A stretch of DNA of 64,000 nt, taken from assembly GCF_963676685.1 (NCBI RefSeq), contig NC_092344.1, positions 18,476,001-18,540,000 of the forward strand. Reading direction: 5' to 3'. The DNA comes from Mytilus edulis. Its lineage: Eukaryota. The notes under the pieces are model-generated. The model was not told the DNA's origin and made no database searches. It saw only the letters and a program-made list of their open reading frames with translations. Positions 13,036-25,194 of this stretch are shown here, piece after piece (positions within the stretch are counted from its first letter, which is position 1; the number at the start of each line of letters is the position of its first letter). Position numbers and translations under genes: made by a program.

Positions 13036-14967
13036 TACATTTTTTCAAAGTGTGCTATCAACTCATTTTAACAATTAGTTATAAATATATCATCATTTTA
13101 TTTTCATGATTTAATTTCAAGTTAAGTTTGATAAAAAGATGCAACATATTAGTTCTGAGTCACAGATTTAGTGGAGTAACTAAAACCACTCAGCTATATT
13201 TTTTTTATTTCAGACTGTGAGACATGTTTTCTTGAATAGGAGTATATTTCAGTTCACTGTATTTTACACATTGCCTTTCAGTATTCTTGATTATTTTATT
13301 GAGTTATTCCCCTTTTTTGTTTTTGATTTTTGTTTTGAGGTTAATCAAAATAAGTCTAAATGGCAGTAAGAGAATAAAACATTAAATACATTTGATTTTA
13401 TTTCAATGCTGTGTCTACTCAGAATATAGTTGTCATGGTAACATTTTTGTATATAGTTCACAGCCATATTTTCTTAGTTTTCTGTATATTTTTATATAAA
13501 AATCAAATACCAAAGTAACCTGATCTAGTCACCATTATTTATGATGAAATCCTAAGATTTGAGTGATATTCTGTGTATGTATATATATTTTACTTTTTTT
13601 TTAAGTCAAGTTAATTGACAATTTAAAATAGACCAGTTCATTTGATTTCTCTTCGACACATACAGCATGGATTGATATATATTTTTATAGGTCACATGTT
13701 AGACATGTGGTGCATGTTATACAAAACCCTAGCAAAAACCTAAAACCTAAAACTAATTGCAAACATGTGATTGAAAGAAATTTACAACAATTTATTTTTA
13801 AAGAATTGGCTTTTTCTTATAGATGTAAAATCAAAAATGAATCGACCTTTAAATATTTCTTGTTTCTATAAACAAATCACATTTGGCAAATTTCTTATTA
13901 TTGTTTTTATCCAAAATAGCTGGAATTAAGAAAATGACATTGTATGTGGAAAAATCAAAGAAGAAAAGAATATAGAGATGGACCTTTGTATATTGATTTG
14001 GCCACATAAAGCAATTTAAAATCTTCAGTTAATGTAACTTTTTCCAAATTACAAGTATTACAGTAAAATCTGGTTATAAATTATACCATGAGATTATTAA
14101 GGATGGAGTAGTTTACTTTATAATAGTGAGGATATGTTTACATATCCCCAAAAATATTGTTGTACAAATTGGTTGTGAAGATTTTGCCTTACACATTGAT
14201 AGTTATGGATATGTTACAGTTTTACATGGTTTATGTTAGGAGTTATCTACCTTTCTCACATAAAGATACAAATCATCCTTACAAGATAAGTTGTGTAATT
14301 GGATATCAGAAATACATGCACAGTAGTAGTATCTGAAAATGGATAATGCTGTAGAATTTAACACACAAATACTTTTTACAAAATGTTTTGGCGAGATAAT
14401 ATGAGTCATGGCTTAAAATTGAAATCTTTTTGTACTTAAGCCACTGTATTGTTAAAAAGTTGAAAATTATCAACCATTATCTATAACTGATAAATTATAA
14501 AAAAAAAATTGATTTTTTTTTTAAAAACCATGAATAGTTGAAATAATCTGTATTCAAACCATTGGTCTTAAGCAGCTATGTCTTTTTCAGCAAGCTGTTA
14601 CTTAATATTAGATCAGAATTTCACCTTTTTTCAACTGTAAAAGATTGTATATCAGATTTCTTTAAATCAGTTTTGAATTATGATTTACAGTATCCATGAG
14701 AAATATGTTGTTGAGATTTACACGTTAAGACATTGTCTAAACAAAAGTTAGTTTGTTAATTGGTTGAAAAGTACTAATTAAGAGACCAACTAATTTAGAA
14801 TTTTATTATACAAGTTTGTTAAGAAGTTGATGTATAAAATCAGTGCCTCTGATGTGAGGTTTATAGTTTTGCTTCATTGTAATCCTAAGGCTTACAGGAC
14901 TTTAGTGTAGGTTCTATATTGTATGCACTGTTCATGTCTTGTAAGCTGTGGCCTCTGTTGTCACAAA

Positions 14968-14973
14968 AATAAA
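14968..14973 (+). terminator. Probable polyadenylation signal ending the ~2.9-kb ROR 3' UTR
   Basis: AATAAA followed by a GT-rich tract (tgtgtttgttt, ~14995-15004), just before the satellite begins. Confidence 0.5.
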
Positions 14974-15034
14974 TTTCATAAAACATTACATACTGTGTTT
15001 GTTTACTGTCCACAACCCTTTAGCCATAAGGTAT

Positions 15035-18000
15035 ATATAAGATCTGTTTGAGATCGTCATGAGAAGTCAATATCGCAAACCCCCTATATTCTGTGAGGTT
15101 GTCACAGATAGTCAATATCTTAAACACCCGGTTCTTTGTAAGATCATCATGGATAGTCAACATCTTAAATTTCATGTTCTGTGTGAAATTGTCGTGGATA
15201 GTCAATATCGCAATCACCCTATTCTGTGTGAGATCGTCATGGATAGTCAATACCTTCAACACCCTTCTCTGTGTGAGATCCTATAAAAGAGTAATCACAA
15301 TTACAGCGGATTCCATTGAGTGTGTAGCGAAAGGTATTATCTTTGGTTTAAGCTTGCTTGTTAGCTGAACCGTGAAGTCATTATTAGGTCAGGTATACTA
15401 CCCTCCTTTCGAAGTAGCATAGTCCAACAGACAAATAGATTAGTTTTCTGTCGGACTAGTCTATTCTTAAAGTAGGGTAGTTTACCTAACCTTACAATGA
15501 ATTCACGATTCAGCTAACAAGCAAGCTAACCAGACATTACCTTTGGCTACACATTTAATGGAATCCGCTGTAATAGTTCTTTAACGTGCAGAGAGTATGA
15601 TGACACTCTACAAACAAAAAAAGAGGCACTAATCTTTAAATTTAAGAATTCAGACTGTTTTTAAAAGATTATGCTATATACTGGCTTCAATCTATTGTCA
15701 TTGATGGTTTATATCTTAAACCCTCTGTTCTGTGTTAAATCGTCATGGATAGTCAATATCTCAATTATTCTGTTCTATGTGAGATCGTCATGGATAGTCA
15801 ATATCTCAATCACCCTGTTCTGTGTGAGATCGTCATAGATAGTCAATATCTTAAACACCCTGTTTTGTGTGAGATTGTCATGGATAGTCAATATCTTAAT
15901 CACCATGGTCTGTGTGATAGCCATGAGTTGTCAATATCTTGAACACCTATTTCTGTTTGAGTTCGTCATGGATAGTCAATATCTTGAACATCCTGTTCTG
16001 TGTGAGATCGTCATAAATAGTCAATATCTTAAACCCCTAGTATTATGTAAGATCAACATGGATAGTCAATATCCTAAACACCCTGTTCTACTTGAGATCT
16101 TCATGGATAGTCAATATCTTGAACATCCTGTTCTGTGTGAGATCACTAAGAGTAGTCAATAACTTGAACCCCCTGTTATGTGTGAGATCGTCATGAGTAG
16201 TCAATTTCTTAAAAACCCTGTATTGTGTGATATCATCAATAGTCAATATCTTGAACACCTGTATTGTGTAAGATCATCATGGATAGTAAATATCTTAAAC
16301 ACCTGATCTATGTGAGATCGTGATGAGTATTCAATATCTCAATATTTCTGTGTGAGAACGTCACGAGTAGCCAATTACTCAACCACCCTAGTTGGTCTGC
16401 GGTCGTCATGAGTAGTCAGTATCTCAAACATCATGAATTGTGTGAGATTGCCATGAGTAGTCAATATCTTAAAACCCCTGTTCTGTGTGAAATCGTCACT
16501 GTTAGCCATGATTTGAAAAACCCTGTTCTGTGTGAAATTGTCATGAGTAGTCAATATCTTAAACTCCCTGTTGTGTTTGAGATCGTCATAAGTAGTCAAT
16601 ATCTTAAACACCCTGTTCTGTATGATATCGTCATGGATAGTCGATATCTCAAACCACCTGTTCTGTGTGAGATATGAAAAGTCAAATTCTTGAATATGTT
16701 GTTCTGTGTGAGATTGTCATGGGTAGTCAATATCTTAAACTCCCTGTTGTGTGTAAACTTATAATGAAAAGTCAATTTCTTGATTATCCTGTTCTGTGTA
16801 AGGTCGTTGTGAGAAGTCAATATCTTAAACTGCCTGTTGTCTGCAATATTGTCAGAAGTAGTTAGGATCTCAAACATCCTGTTATGTGTCAAATCGTCAT
16901 AAGTAGTAACTATCTTAAACACACTATTCTGTGCGAGTTTGGTATGGATAGTCAATATCTGAAACACCCTGTTCTGTGTGAGATCGTCATGGATAGTCAA
17001 TATCTTAAACCCCCTGTTCTGTGTGGGATAATCATGGATAGTCAATATCTTAAACCCCCTGTTCTGTGTGGGATAATCATGGATAGTCAATATCTTAAAC
17101 CCCCTGTTCTGTGTGGGATAATCATGGATAGTCAATATTTTAAACCCCCTGTTCTGTGTGGGATAATCATGGATAGTCAATATCTTAAACCCCCTGTTAT
17201 GTGTGTGATAATCATGGGTAGTCAATATATCGAATACCCTGTTATGTGTGAGATCGTCATGGATAGTCAATATTTCAATCACCCTGTTCTGTGTGAGATC
17301 GTCATGGATAGTCAATATCTCAATCACCCTGTTCTGTGTGAGATCGTCATGGATAGTCAATATCTCAATCACCCTGTTCTGTGTGAGATCGTCATGGATA
17401 GTCAATATTTCAATCACCCTGTTCTGTGTGAGATCGTCATGGATAGTCAATATTTCAATCACCCTGTTCTGTGTGAGATCGTCATGGATAGTCAATATCT
17501 CAATCACCCTGTTCTGTGTGAGATCGTCATGGATAGTCAATATTTCAATCACCCTGTTCTGTGTGAGATCTTCATGGATAGTCAATATCTTGAACATCCT
17601 GTTCTGTGTGAGATCGTCATAAATAGTCAATATCTTAAACCCCTAGTATTATGTAAGATCAACATGGATAGTCAATATCCTAAACACCCTGTTCTACTTG
17701 AGATCTTCATGGATAGTCAATATCTTGAACATCCTGTTCTGTGTGAGATCACTAAGAGTAGTCAATAACTTGAACCCCCTGTTATGTGTGAGATCGTCAT
17801 GAGTAGTCAATTTCTTAAAAACCCTGTATTGTGTGATATCATCAATAGTCAATATCTTGAACACCTGTATTGTGTAAGATCATCATGGATAGTAAATATC
17901 TTAAACACCTGATCTATGTGAGATCGTGATGAGTATTCAATATCTCAATATTTCTGTGTGAGAACGTCACGAGTAGCCAATTACTCAACCACCCTAGTTG

Positions 18001-19560
18001 GTCTGCGGTCGTCATGAGTAGTCAGTATCTCAAACATCATGAATTGTGTGAGATTGCCATGAGTAGTCAATATCTTAAAACCCCTGTTCTGTGTGAAATC
18101 GTCACTGTTAGCCATGATTTGAAAAACCCTGTTCTGTGTGAAATTGTCATGAGTAGTCAATATCTTAAACTCCCTGTTGTGTTTGAGATCGTCATAAGTA
18201 GTCAATATCTTAAACACCCTGTTCTGTATGATATCGTCATGGATAGTCGATATCTCAAACCACCTGTTCTGTGTGAGATATGAAAAGTCAAATTCTTGAA
18301 TATGTTGTTCTGTGTGAGATTGTCATGGGTAGTCAATATCTTAAACTCCCTGTTGTGTGTAAACTTATAATGAAAAGTCAATTTCTTGATTATCCTGTTC
18401 TGTGTAAGGTCGTTGTGAGAAGTCAATATCTTAAACTGCCTGTTGTCTGCAATATTGTCAGAAGTAGTTAGGATCTCAAACATCCTGTTATGTGTCAAAT
18501 CGTCATAAGTAGTAACTATCTTAAACACACTATTCTGTGCGAGTTTGGTATGGATAGTCAATATCTGAAACACCCTGTTCTGTGTGAGATCGTCATGGAT
18601 AGTCAATATCTTAAACCCCCTGTTCTGTGTGGGATAATCATGGATAGTCAATATCTTAAACCCCCTGTTCTGTGTGGGATAATCATGGATAGTCAATATC
18701 TTAAACCCCCTGTTCTGTGTGGGATAATCATGGATAGTCAATATTTTAAACCCCCTGTTCTGTGTGGGATAATCATGGATAGTCAATATCTTAAACCCCC
18801 TGTTATGTGTGTGATAATCATGGGTAGTCAATATATCGAATACCCTGTTATGTGTGAGATCGTCATGGATAGTCAATATTTCAATCACCCTGTTCTGTGT
18901 GAGATCGTCATGGATAGTCAATATTTCAATCACCCTGTTCTGTGTGAGATCGTCATGGATAGTCAATATCTCAATCACCCTGTTCTGTGTGAGATCGTCA
19001 TGGATAGTCAATATCTCAATCACCCTGTTCTGTGTGAGATCGTCATGGATAGTCAATATTTCAATCACCCTGTTCTGTGTGAGATCGTCATGGATAGTCA
19101 ATATTTCAATCACCCTGTTCTGTGTGAGATCGTCATGGATAGTCAATATCTCAATCACCCTGTTCTGTGTGAGATCGTCATGGATAGTCAATATTTCAAT
19201 CACCCTGTTCTGTGTGAGATCGTCATGGATAGTCAATATTTCAATCACCCTGTTCTGTGTGAGATCGTCATGGATATATCTAAAACATTCTGTTCTGTGT
19301 GAGATCGTCATTGATAATCAATATTTTAAACCTTCAGTTCTAAGATCTTCATTATGAGTCAATATCTTGAACACCCCTGTAGTAGTAATGTTCTGTGTAA
19401 GATCTTCATTTGTAGTCAAAATCTTGAACATGTACCATATATGAGGTTGGCATGGATACCGTAGTCAATTTCTTGAACAACCCTGTTATAATAATTTTCT
19501 ATGTTAGATCTTCATTGGTAGTCAATATCTTGAACATATACCCTTTAAGAGACATTCTCA
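15035..19560. repeat. 45-bp tandem satellite containing a 1606-bp higher-order duplication
   Basis: Unit tgtgtgagatcgtcatggatagtcaatatctcaatcaccctgttc. Block ~15966-17571 recurs from 17572 (identical ORF translations offset by 1606). Degenerate units continue to ~19770 and at 20310-20440. Interrupted at 15281-15690. Confidence 0.95.
15304..15570. mobile_element. Near-palindromic 267-bp MITE (copy 1)
   Basis: TA|cagcggattccatt...aatggaatccgctg|TA, with arms pairing almost to the centre. Other copies at ~21351-21575 and 53335-53601. Confidence 0.85.
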
Positions 19561-20949
19561 ATGCGAGATCATCATAGGTAGTATTTATCTTGACTATTCC
19601 TATATTAATATGTTCTGTATAAGATTTCCATTGGTACATACTCACATGAACTAATATTCCATGAGTTTCAAGTATAAGCTTGTTTGGAGTGAATTTCACG
19701 TGAGATTTACATGAATTTATATTCACATGAAATTGATGAGTGAAATTTCCCTATGTAGTCAATGTCTTAATGTTTATGACCCCTTCTGTAGCCATTTTTG
19801 TACTAAACTACAGGTATAAGGAATAATAGAGATAGGCCGTTTTGTATATGTACCAAACTTGATGCAAAGCATTATTGTTTACTGTTTTATTGCATTTAAT
19901 AGAAAAAGAGTACTTTGTGGCAAACAAACCAAGATTTTTATAGAAAATCGACAGCATTTAATAAAGAGAAGTTTTTTTATAAAATTTGAAACAAAGATTA
20001 CTCACTTGCTTTTCTATGATGTGTTAGTGTTTATTTTTTACAAAAAGTTCTAACCAACCTGTAAATTCCAAAATACCTCGTGCTGAGTCACTAAAGTCGA
20101 GGTGTACTTGATTTGGTCCATATTTTTATTTGTTTTAGCCAATAACTATATTAATAAACTTTTTTTAGGGAAATCAATGATAGCACTGCATGCAATAATC
20201 CTATATCTATAAGTCCTCAAATTGCCAAATATGAGAGTACAAGGATAAAGGCTGAGGATTTTCTATAAAATTTCCATATGTTTAGCATTGAATCATGACA
20301 AGGGTACATAATCCTTAAACACCCTTGTTATAACTATGTTCTTTGTGATATGTAATGGGTAATCAATATCTGTAAGACCCTGTAGAAGTTATATTCTGTG
20401 TCAGATCGTAATGGGTAGTCAATATCGTGAACACCCCTGATTTTTTTGTTGTTGCTTATGTTCAGTGACAAATAGCTCAAACTTATACATGACGCTGTCC
20501 TTTTATTATCATTTTCTTTTTCCAGTTATGGCATCTTCTTTTACACTATGCAAAAAGTGGACATGACGGGCATACATGCGGAGTACAAAAAGAACAGGCA
20601 ACCTTCTGAGTATATAGCAAATAAACATGCAGCCTTCTTCCGAGTATATTACAGTGCAAAATGTATGTGTGGTAGACGAATTGGGTTTTCATTTATCAAA
20701 TTCAAAGGTTGAAAAAGCTTCCTGTGTGACACGAAAACGGAAGATTTTTCAATTTGTCAGCAAGGCCATTATTAGCCAAACCAATATTCGCATCAGCGAG
20801 TTTATTTTTGCATCAGCTTTTTATAGAAAACACTTGGAAAACGGTGAAAAAAATAGTCCCCACATACCTCCAACCAATGTTCAGTCTATGTACGATGATT
20901 GATTGATTGATCGGTGTTTGCTTTACGCCATATCAGCACACATATGCTA

Positions 20950-21143
20950 TGTTTTGGAGTTGATTGTCACGTCCATTTTCATTGAACTGGTACAATTTTT
21001 GTTTAGGGGCTAACTGAAGCCCGCCTCCGGGTGCGTGATTTTCTCGCTTTGTTGAAACCCCATTGGTGGCCTTTGGCAGTTCTCTGTCCTTTGGTCGGCT
21101 TGGTGTCTGTTTGTTACATTCCCATTTCCATTCTCAATTTCAT
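20950..21143 (+). mobile_element. 3' part of a dispersed SINE-like repeat
   Basis: tttaggggctaactgaagcccgcctccgggtgcg...cccatttccattctcaattt. The same family occurs inverted at 63492-63970 and as a fragment at ~50850-50945. Confidence 0.65.
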
Positions 21144-21327
21144 TTGTTGCAACGAGAGCTATTTCAAATATCTAAAAGTTAATGATATACCATATGTCCA
21201 GGAATTCAAAACTATTATAATTGAATTACTACTGCTGCCCTTTAGGCCGCCACTAGAATATGTATGTTGAATAGGGGCAGGTGTTTCTTTGTGGAATACC
21301 ACCTAAACGGGGATGTTCTATACGGTC

Positions 21328-21695
21328 CTATAAAAGAGTAATCACAATTACAGCGGATTCCATCGAGTGTGTAGCGAAAGGTATTATCTTTGGTTTAAGC
21401 TTGCTTGTTAGCTGAACCGTGAAGTCATTATTAGGTCAGGTATACTACCCTCCTTTCGAAGTAGCATAGTCCAACAGACAGATAGATTACCTAACCTTAC
21501 AATGAATTCACGATTCATCTAACAAGCAAGCTAACCAGACATTACCTTTGGCTACACACTTAATGGAATCCGCTGTAATAGTTCTTTAACGTGCAGAGAG
21601 TATGATAACACTCTACAAACATAAAAAGAGGCACTAATCTTTAAATTTAAGAATTCAGACTGTTTTTAAAAGATTATGCTATATACTGGCTTCAA
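21328..21695. mobile_element. Second copy of the MITE-plus-flank segment 15281-15690, with a 42-bp internal deletion
   Basis: Near-identical to 15281-15690, including the non-MITE flanks (ctataaaagagtaatcacaa ... tatactggcttcaa). Confidence 0.85.
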
Positions 21696-21848
21696 GTTCG
21701 AAAATTGTTCAAGATAGAATAAAAATTATTCATAATTTCTTATCGTAATCCATCAAACTATCATTTTTTTTTTCACTCCCTCTCTTTAATTAAAAAGAAA
21801 TTTTCTACACAGACAACAATAGCAAAAGACGTAAAAACTGAATACTCA

Positions 21849-23030
21849 GGGTAACCGTTCGAATTATTTGCTCTCGGCGGCGTTTTGCATTTGCGCCGAT
21901 CTGCATTACATTTGCGCCGATTTTTTCTTTCATTTGCGCCGATTTTTTTTTTCATTTGCGCCGATTTTTTTACAGGTAAATTACAGGTGAAAAGATATAA
22001 GAAGATGTGATATGAGTGCCAATGAGACAACTCTCTATCCCAGTCATGTTATAGTTGTTTATTCTTTAGTTTTCTATGTTGTGTTATGTGTACTATAATT
22101 GTTTGTCTGTTTGTCCTTTTCATTTTTAGCCATGGCGTTGTCAGTTTTTTGTCGATTATTGAGTTTGACTGTCACTCTGGAATATTTCGTCCCTCTTTCA
22201 TTTACCATTTATCAACCTCTTCCGTAAGCCAGTTGTACTAATGTTATGAATTGTCAATCATAACATGTATATAACTGTTGTCCTCTGCTCACTACGGGGA
22301 GGTGGAGGTAGGGTTTAGAGCAAGATAAATCAATATAAAAGCTATATATTTACATACTTTAAAATCAAGAAGTAAAAACCTAAGATAAAAGCACTCTGTT
22401 AATGCTAAAATGAAGGATTCAAATCCATTAAAACGGAATACATTCAAATCTTAAATCTGTTCTTGTCGAGGGTGTATAGGCAACACATCTAATATATTCC
22501 TACAATTGTCGCTAATTGGGGTCCATCTTTTCTTTGTCTGCCTTACGTACTCTAACTCGCATTTTAACATACGTTACGGCCTCAATTTTCTTGATAAAAT
22601 CTGTGAAAACATAAAAGTTGGGGTGCAGCTGCTCAGAAATGAGGTGGATAGCGTTACAGTTTGCATATATATGTACTTAGTCTGTAGGCTAAGAATGTAA
22701 GACATTTGTCATCAGAAGGAGCGTCAGACATATTGTTAAACGCGAAGCAGTCATTGATTTCATTTGGGGGGAAGGAATGGTAACCCGAAAAAATGGGATA
22801 GCCATTTACCAATGATGCTTAATTTGTCTTTATACTCTCACTCTGTGCTCAGCCCATGTAAAAGTATTAAATTACCTGTAACTTACCTGTAAATCCAATT
22901 AGGAGAAAAAATAAAATCGGCGCAAATGAAAAAATGAAATCGGCGCAAATGAAAGAATGAAAATTTTCAAAATCGGCGCAAATGTCCTTTCCCATGCCTC
23001 TGGGCGGATTTCATTGACGTTTAGGTAACC
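21849..23030. mobile_element. Foldback/MITE-like element with repeat-built inverted arms
   Basis: Left arm: tandem atttgcgccgattttt plus tttacaggtaaattacaggt (~21888-21990). Right arm: the reverse complement (~22869-22985). Confidence 0.7.
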
Positions 23031-25194
23031 TTACCAAGTTATGGTGACACCATTCCAATCACTCAGCTATACATGAGATACAATGCTGCCGATAAAGACA
23101 ATAAATAAGAAGATTATTTTTTCTTCAAATTGTTAAATAATAACACTGTATTAACTAATAAATTTATTATCAAAAATAACTCTATATACATAAAATTTAC
23201 AAAAATAACAATAAATATATTTTTCATAGATTCTCTGAAATATCAAATTCATTATTTTAGATATCACTTTTGTAGATCACATGCATTTGAGGAATTGCAC
23301 TATTATAATGCCAAAAAAATCAGTTTGTGGTCGTGTTCAACATATTTTTGAACTACTTGTTTTTTCAGCAAATATATTGCATCTAAGCCGCATACAATTT
23401 AGTAATATGCATTGTTAGAAAAATAACATATTTAGTACTCAGAAAAAAAGGTTTTATTTGGCAGGGACATTAAAGCAATCTGGCGTTTCCATAATACAAC
23501 ATCAATTACGATACGATTCTTATCATTTGTGGGTGTTTAAAGTGGAATGTCAAAATATAAGCAAAGTCAATACAACACGATGTACTGTTCGAAGTGATTT
23601 TCGTCCAATGTGAATCATTCTCATTGGTACATGATAGGGACAGTTTCTGTCCTTGTAAAAAAATCATGAATAGGTATGATATTGTTAACATTACACTACA
23701 CAATGTCAACACGCATTAGTTAGGCAATCACTAGAAAAGTTAGCCTAAGCAGAAGTCGAGAAATAAATGGAAGTCATATCTGGCTCCCATAAACATGTGA
23801 ATCCAGAGTATATCAAAAAAGTTAACCAAACATTGAAAACACTACCTGTGTTTAAATATTAAGAACAAAACAATTTTATAAATTTCCATACATGTGATAA
23901 TTATTATATCCACGGGGGGATATGTCTTTAAAAACAAACACAATTATTAGAACTAAAAAATAAACAATAAAGAGTATTTTGGGTATCACATGAATGGTTC
24001 AACAAAATAAGAATGTAAAAACACTATCTGTGTTTCTAGAAAACAAAAATTAACATAGTTCAAAAATAATAAAAACTAAAAAAAAAGTTATGCTAGAACA
24101 AACTAAAGGGTTGAGGACTTATTTAGTTAAATCCCCGAAAGGGGGAGGTATGATAAGGTGGAACCGATACGGTCAATGTCATGTCCCTCTTGACATTAAA
24201 AATTTAAGCTTTAAATAAATCAAATGACATTCTTCAGATGTTCATAAGACATTTGATCTGTTGTAAGAAGCCATGACAGTATTCATTTTGTTTTTGTCTT
24301 GAATACAGAATTCAAACCTTGCATTTAATGGCAAAACAGCAAAAAGTCTAACTATATTTACTTCGTTTTGAGATCTTTTATAATGCATTTTAGCGTTAGC
24401 CACAGTCTTTGTTCTTTATTTCAAGGTAACTATACATAAGACGTTAATGTGGATAATATTTCTTTACAAAAATGACTGTGCTCAAGTAATTTGTTTCCAC
24501 AGTATATGTAAAAACGACCATTTTAGGTCAAATATGGAAACTCTGATATTTCTATTTCACCACAGTGAAACTTTAGCATAGTGAAATTAAATCATATTAT
24601 GCCAAGAATTTCACAGCTTAATATTTGTAACAATTCATTTGCAGTTTCAGGGTCTGGGACCTTGAAAGGGATTCTTATCATACCTCCTCTTTTAAATGTG
24701 CACATGAGAGAATATTACAAAGAGGGAGATTTTAATCTTATTTCACGATATTTTTTTGGTAGATAATCTGATCATGCTACTAAGTGGAACACAAACTCGT
24801 ACTTGAAGTAGCAAAACAACAAACGCCATTATTTTGGGCAATGTCTAAAAAGCCGGAAGGTATTTTATACCATAAGATGTTAAACATTAACTATCAATAG
24901 GCATGAATAATTGTTTGCAATTTTGCGTGAATCGAAAAAAATAACCAATATGTATTTACAATATTTTGTAAAAACAATAAAAACAAATCTAAAATATCTT
25001 ATAAACTTAAGATGGTCCTATCGTAAAAAAAATATAAACAGCTAAAGTCAAAATGTTTTTTTACATCACAACATAAAACCTGGTATTTTTTAAGACTATT
25101 TGTTATAATTTTACTGATGCTGCATTTAAAAAACGTCACACTTGATTACACTCTCAATCTAGCTAATATTCTCTCATGCTATAAAACTGTATTT

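Noticed and set aside
15020-19357. Long repetitive ORFs on both strands, e.g. (CEIVMDSQYLNHPVL)n and (ILTIHDDLTQNRVIE)n
   Set aside because: Artefact of a 45-bp unit divisible by three and stop-free in several frames. Frames break wherever units diverge, and there is no splice or promoter context.
15035-19560. CRISPR-like appearance of the regular repeat
   Set aside because: Head-to-tail monomers without unique spacers, no cas genes, eukaryotic context.
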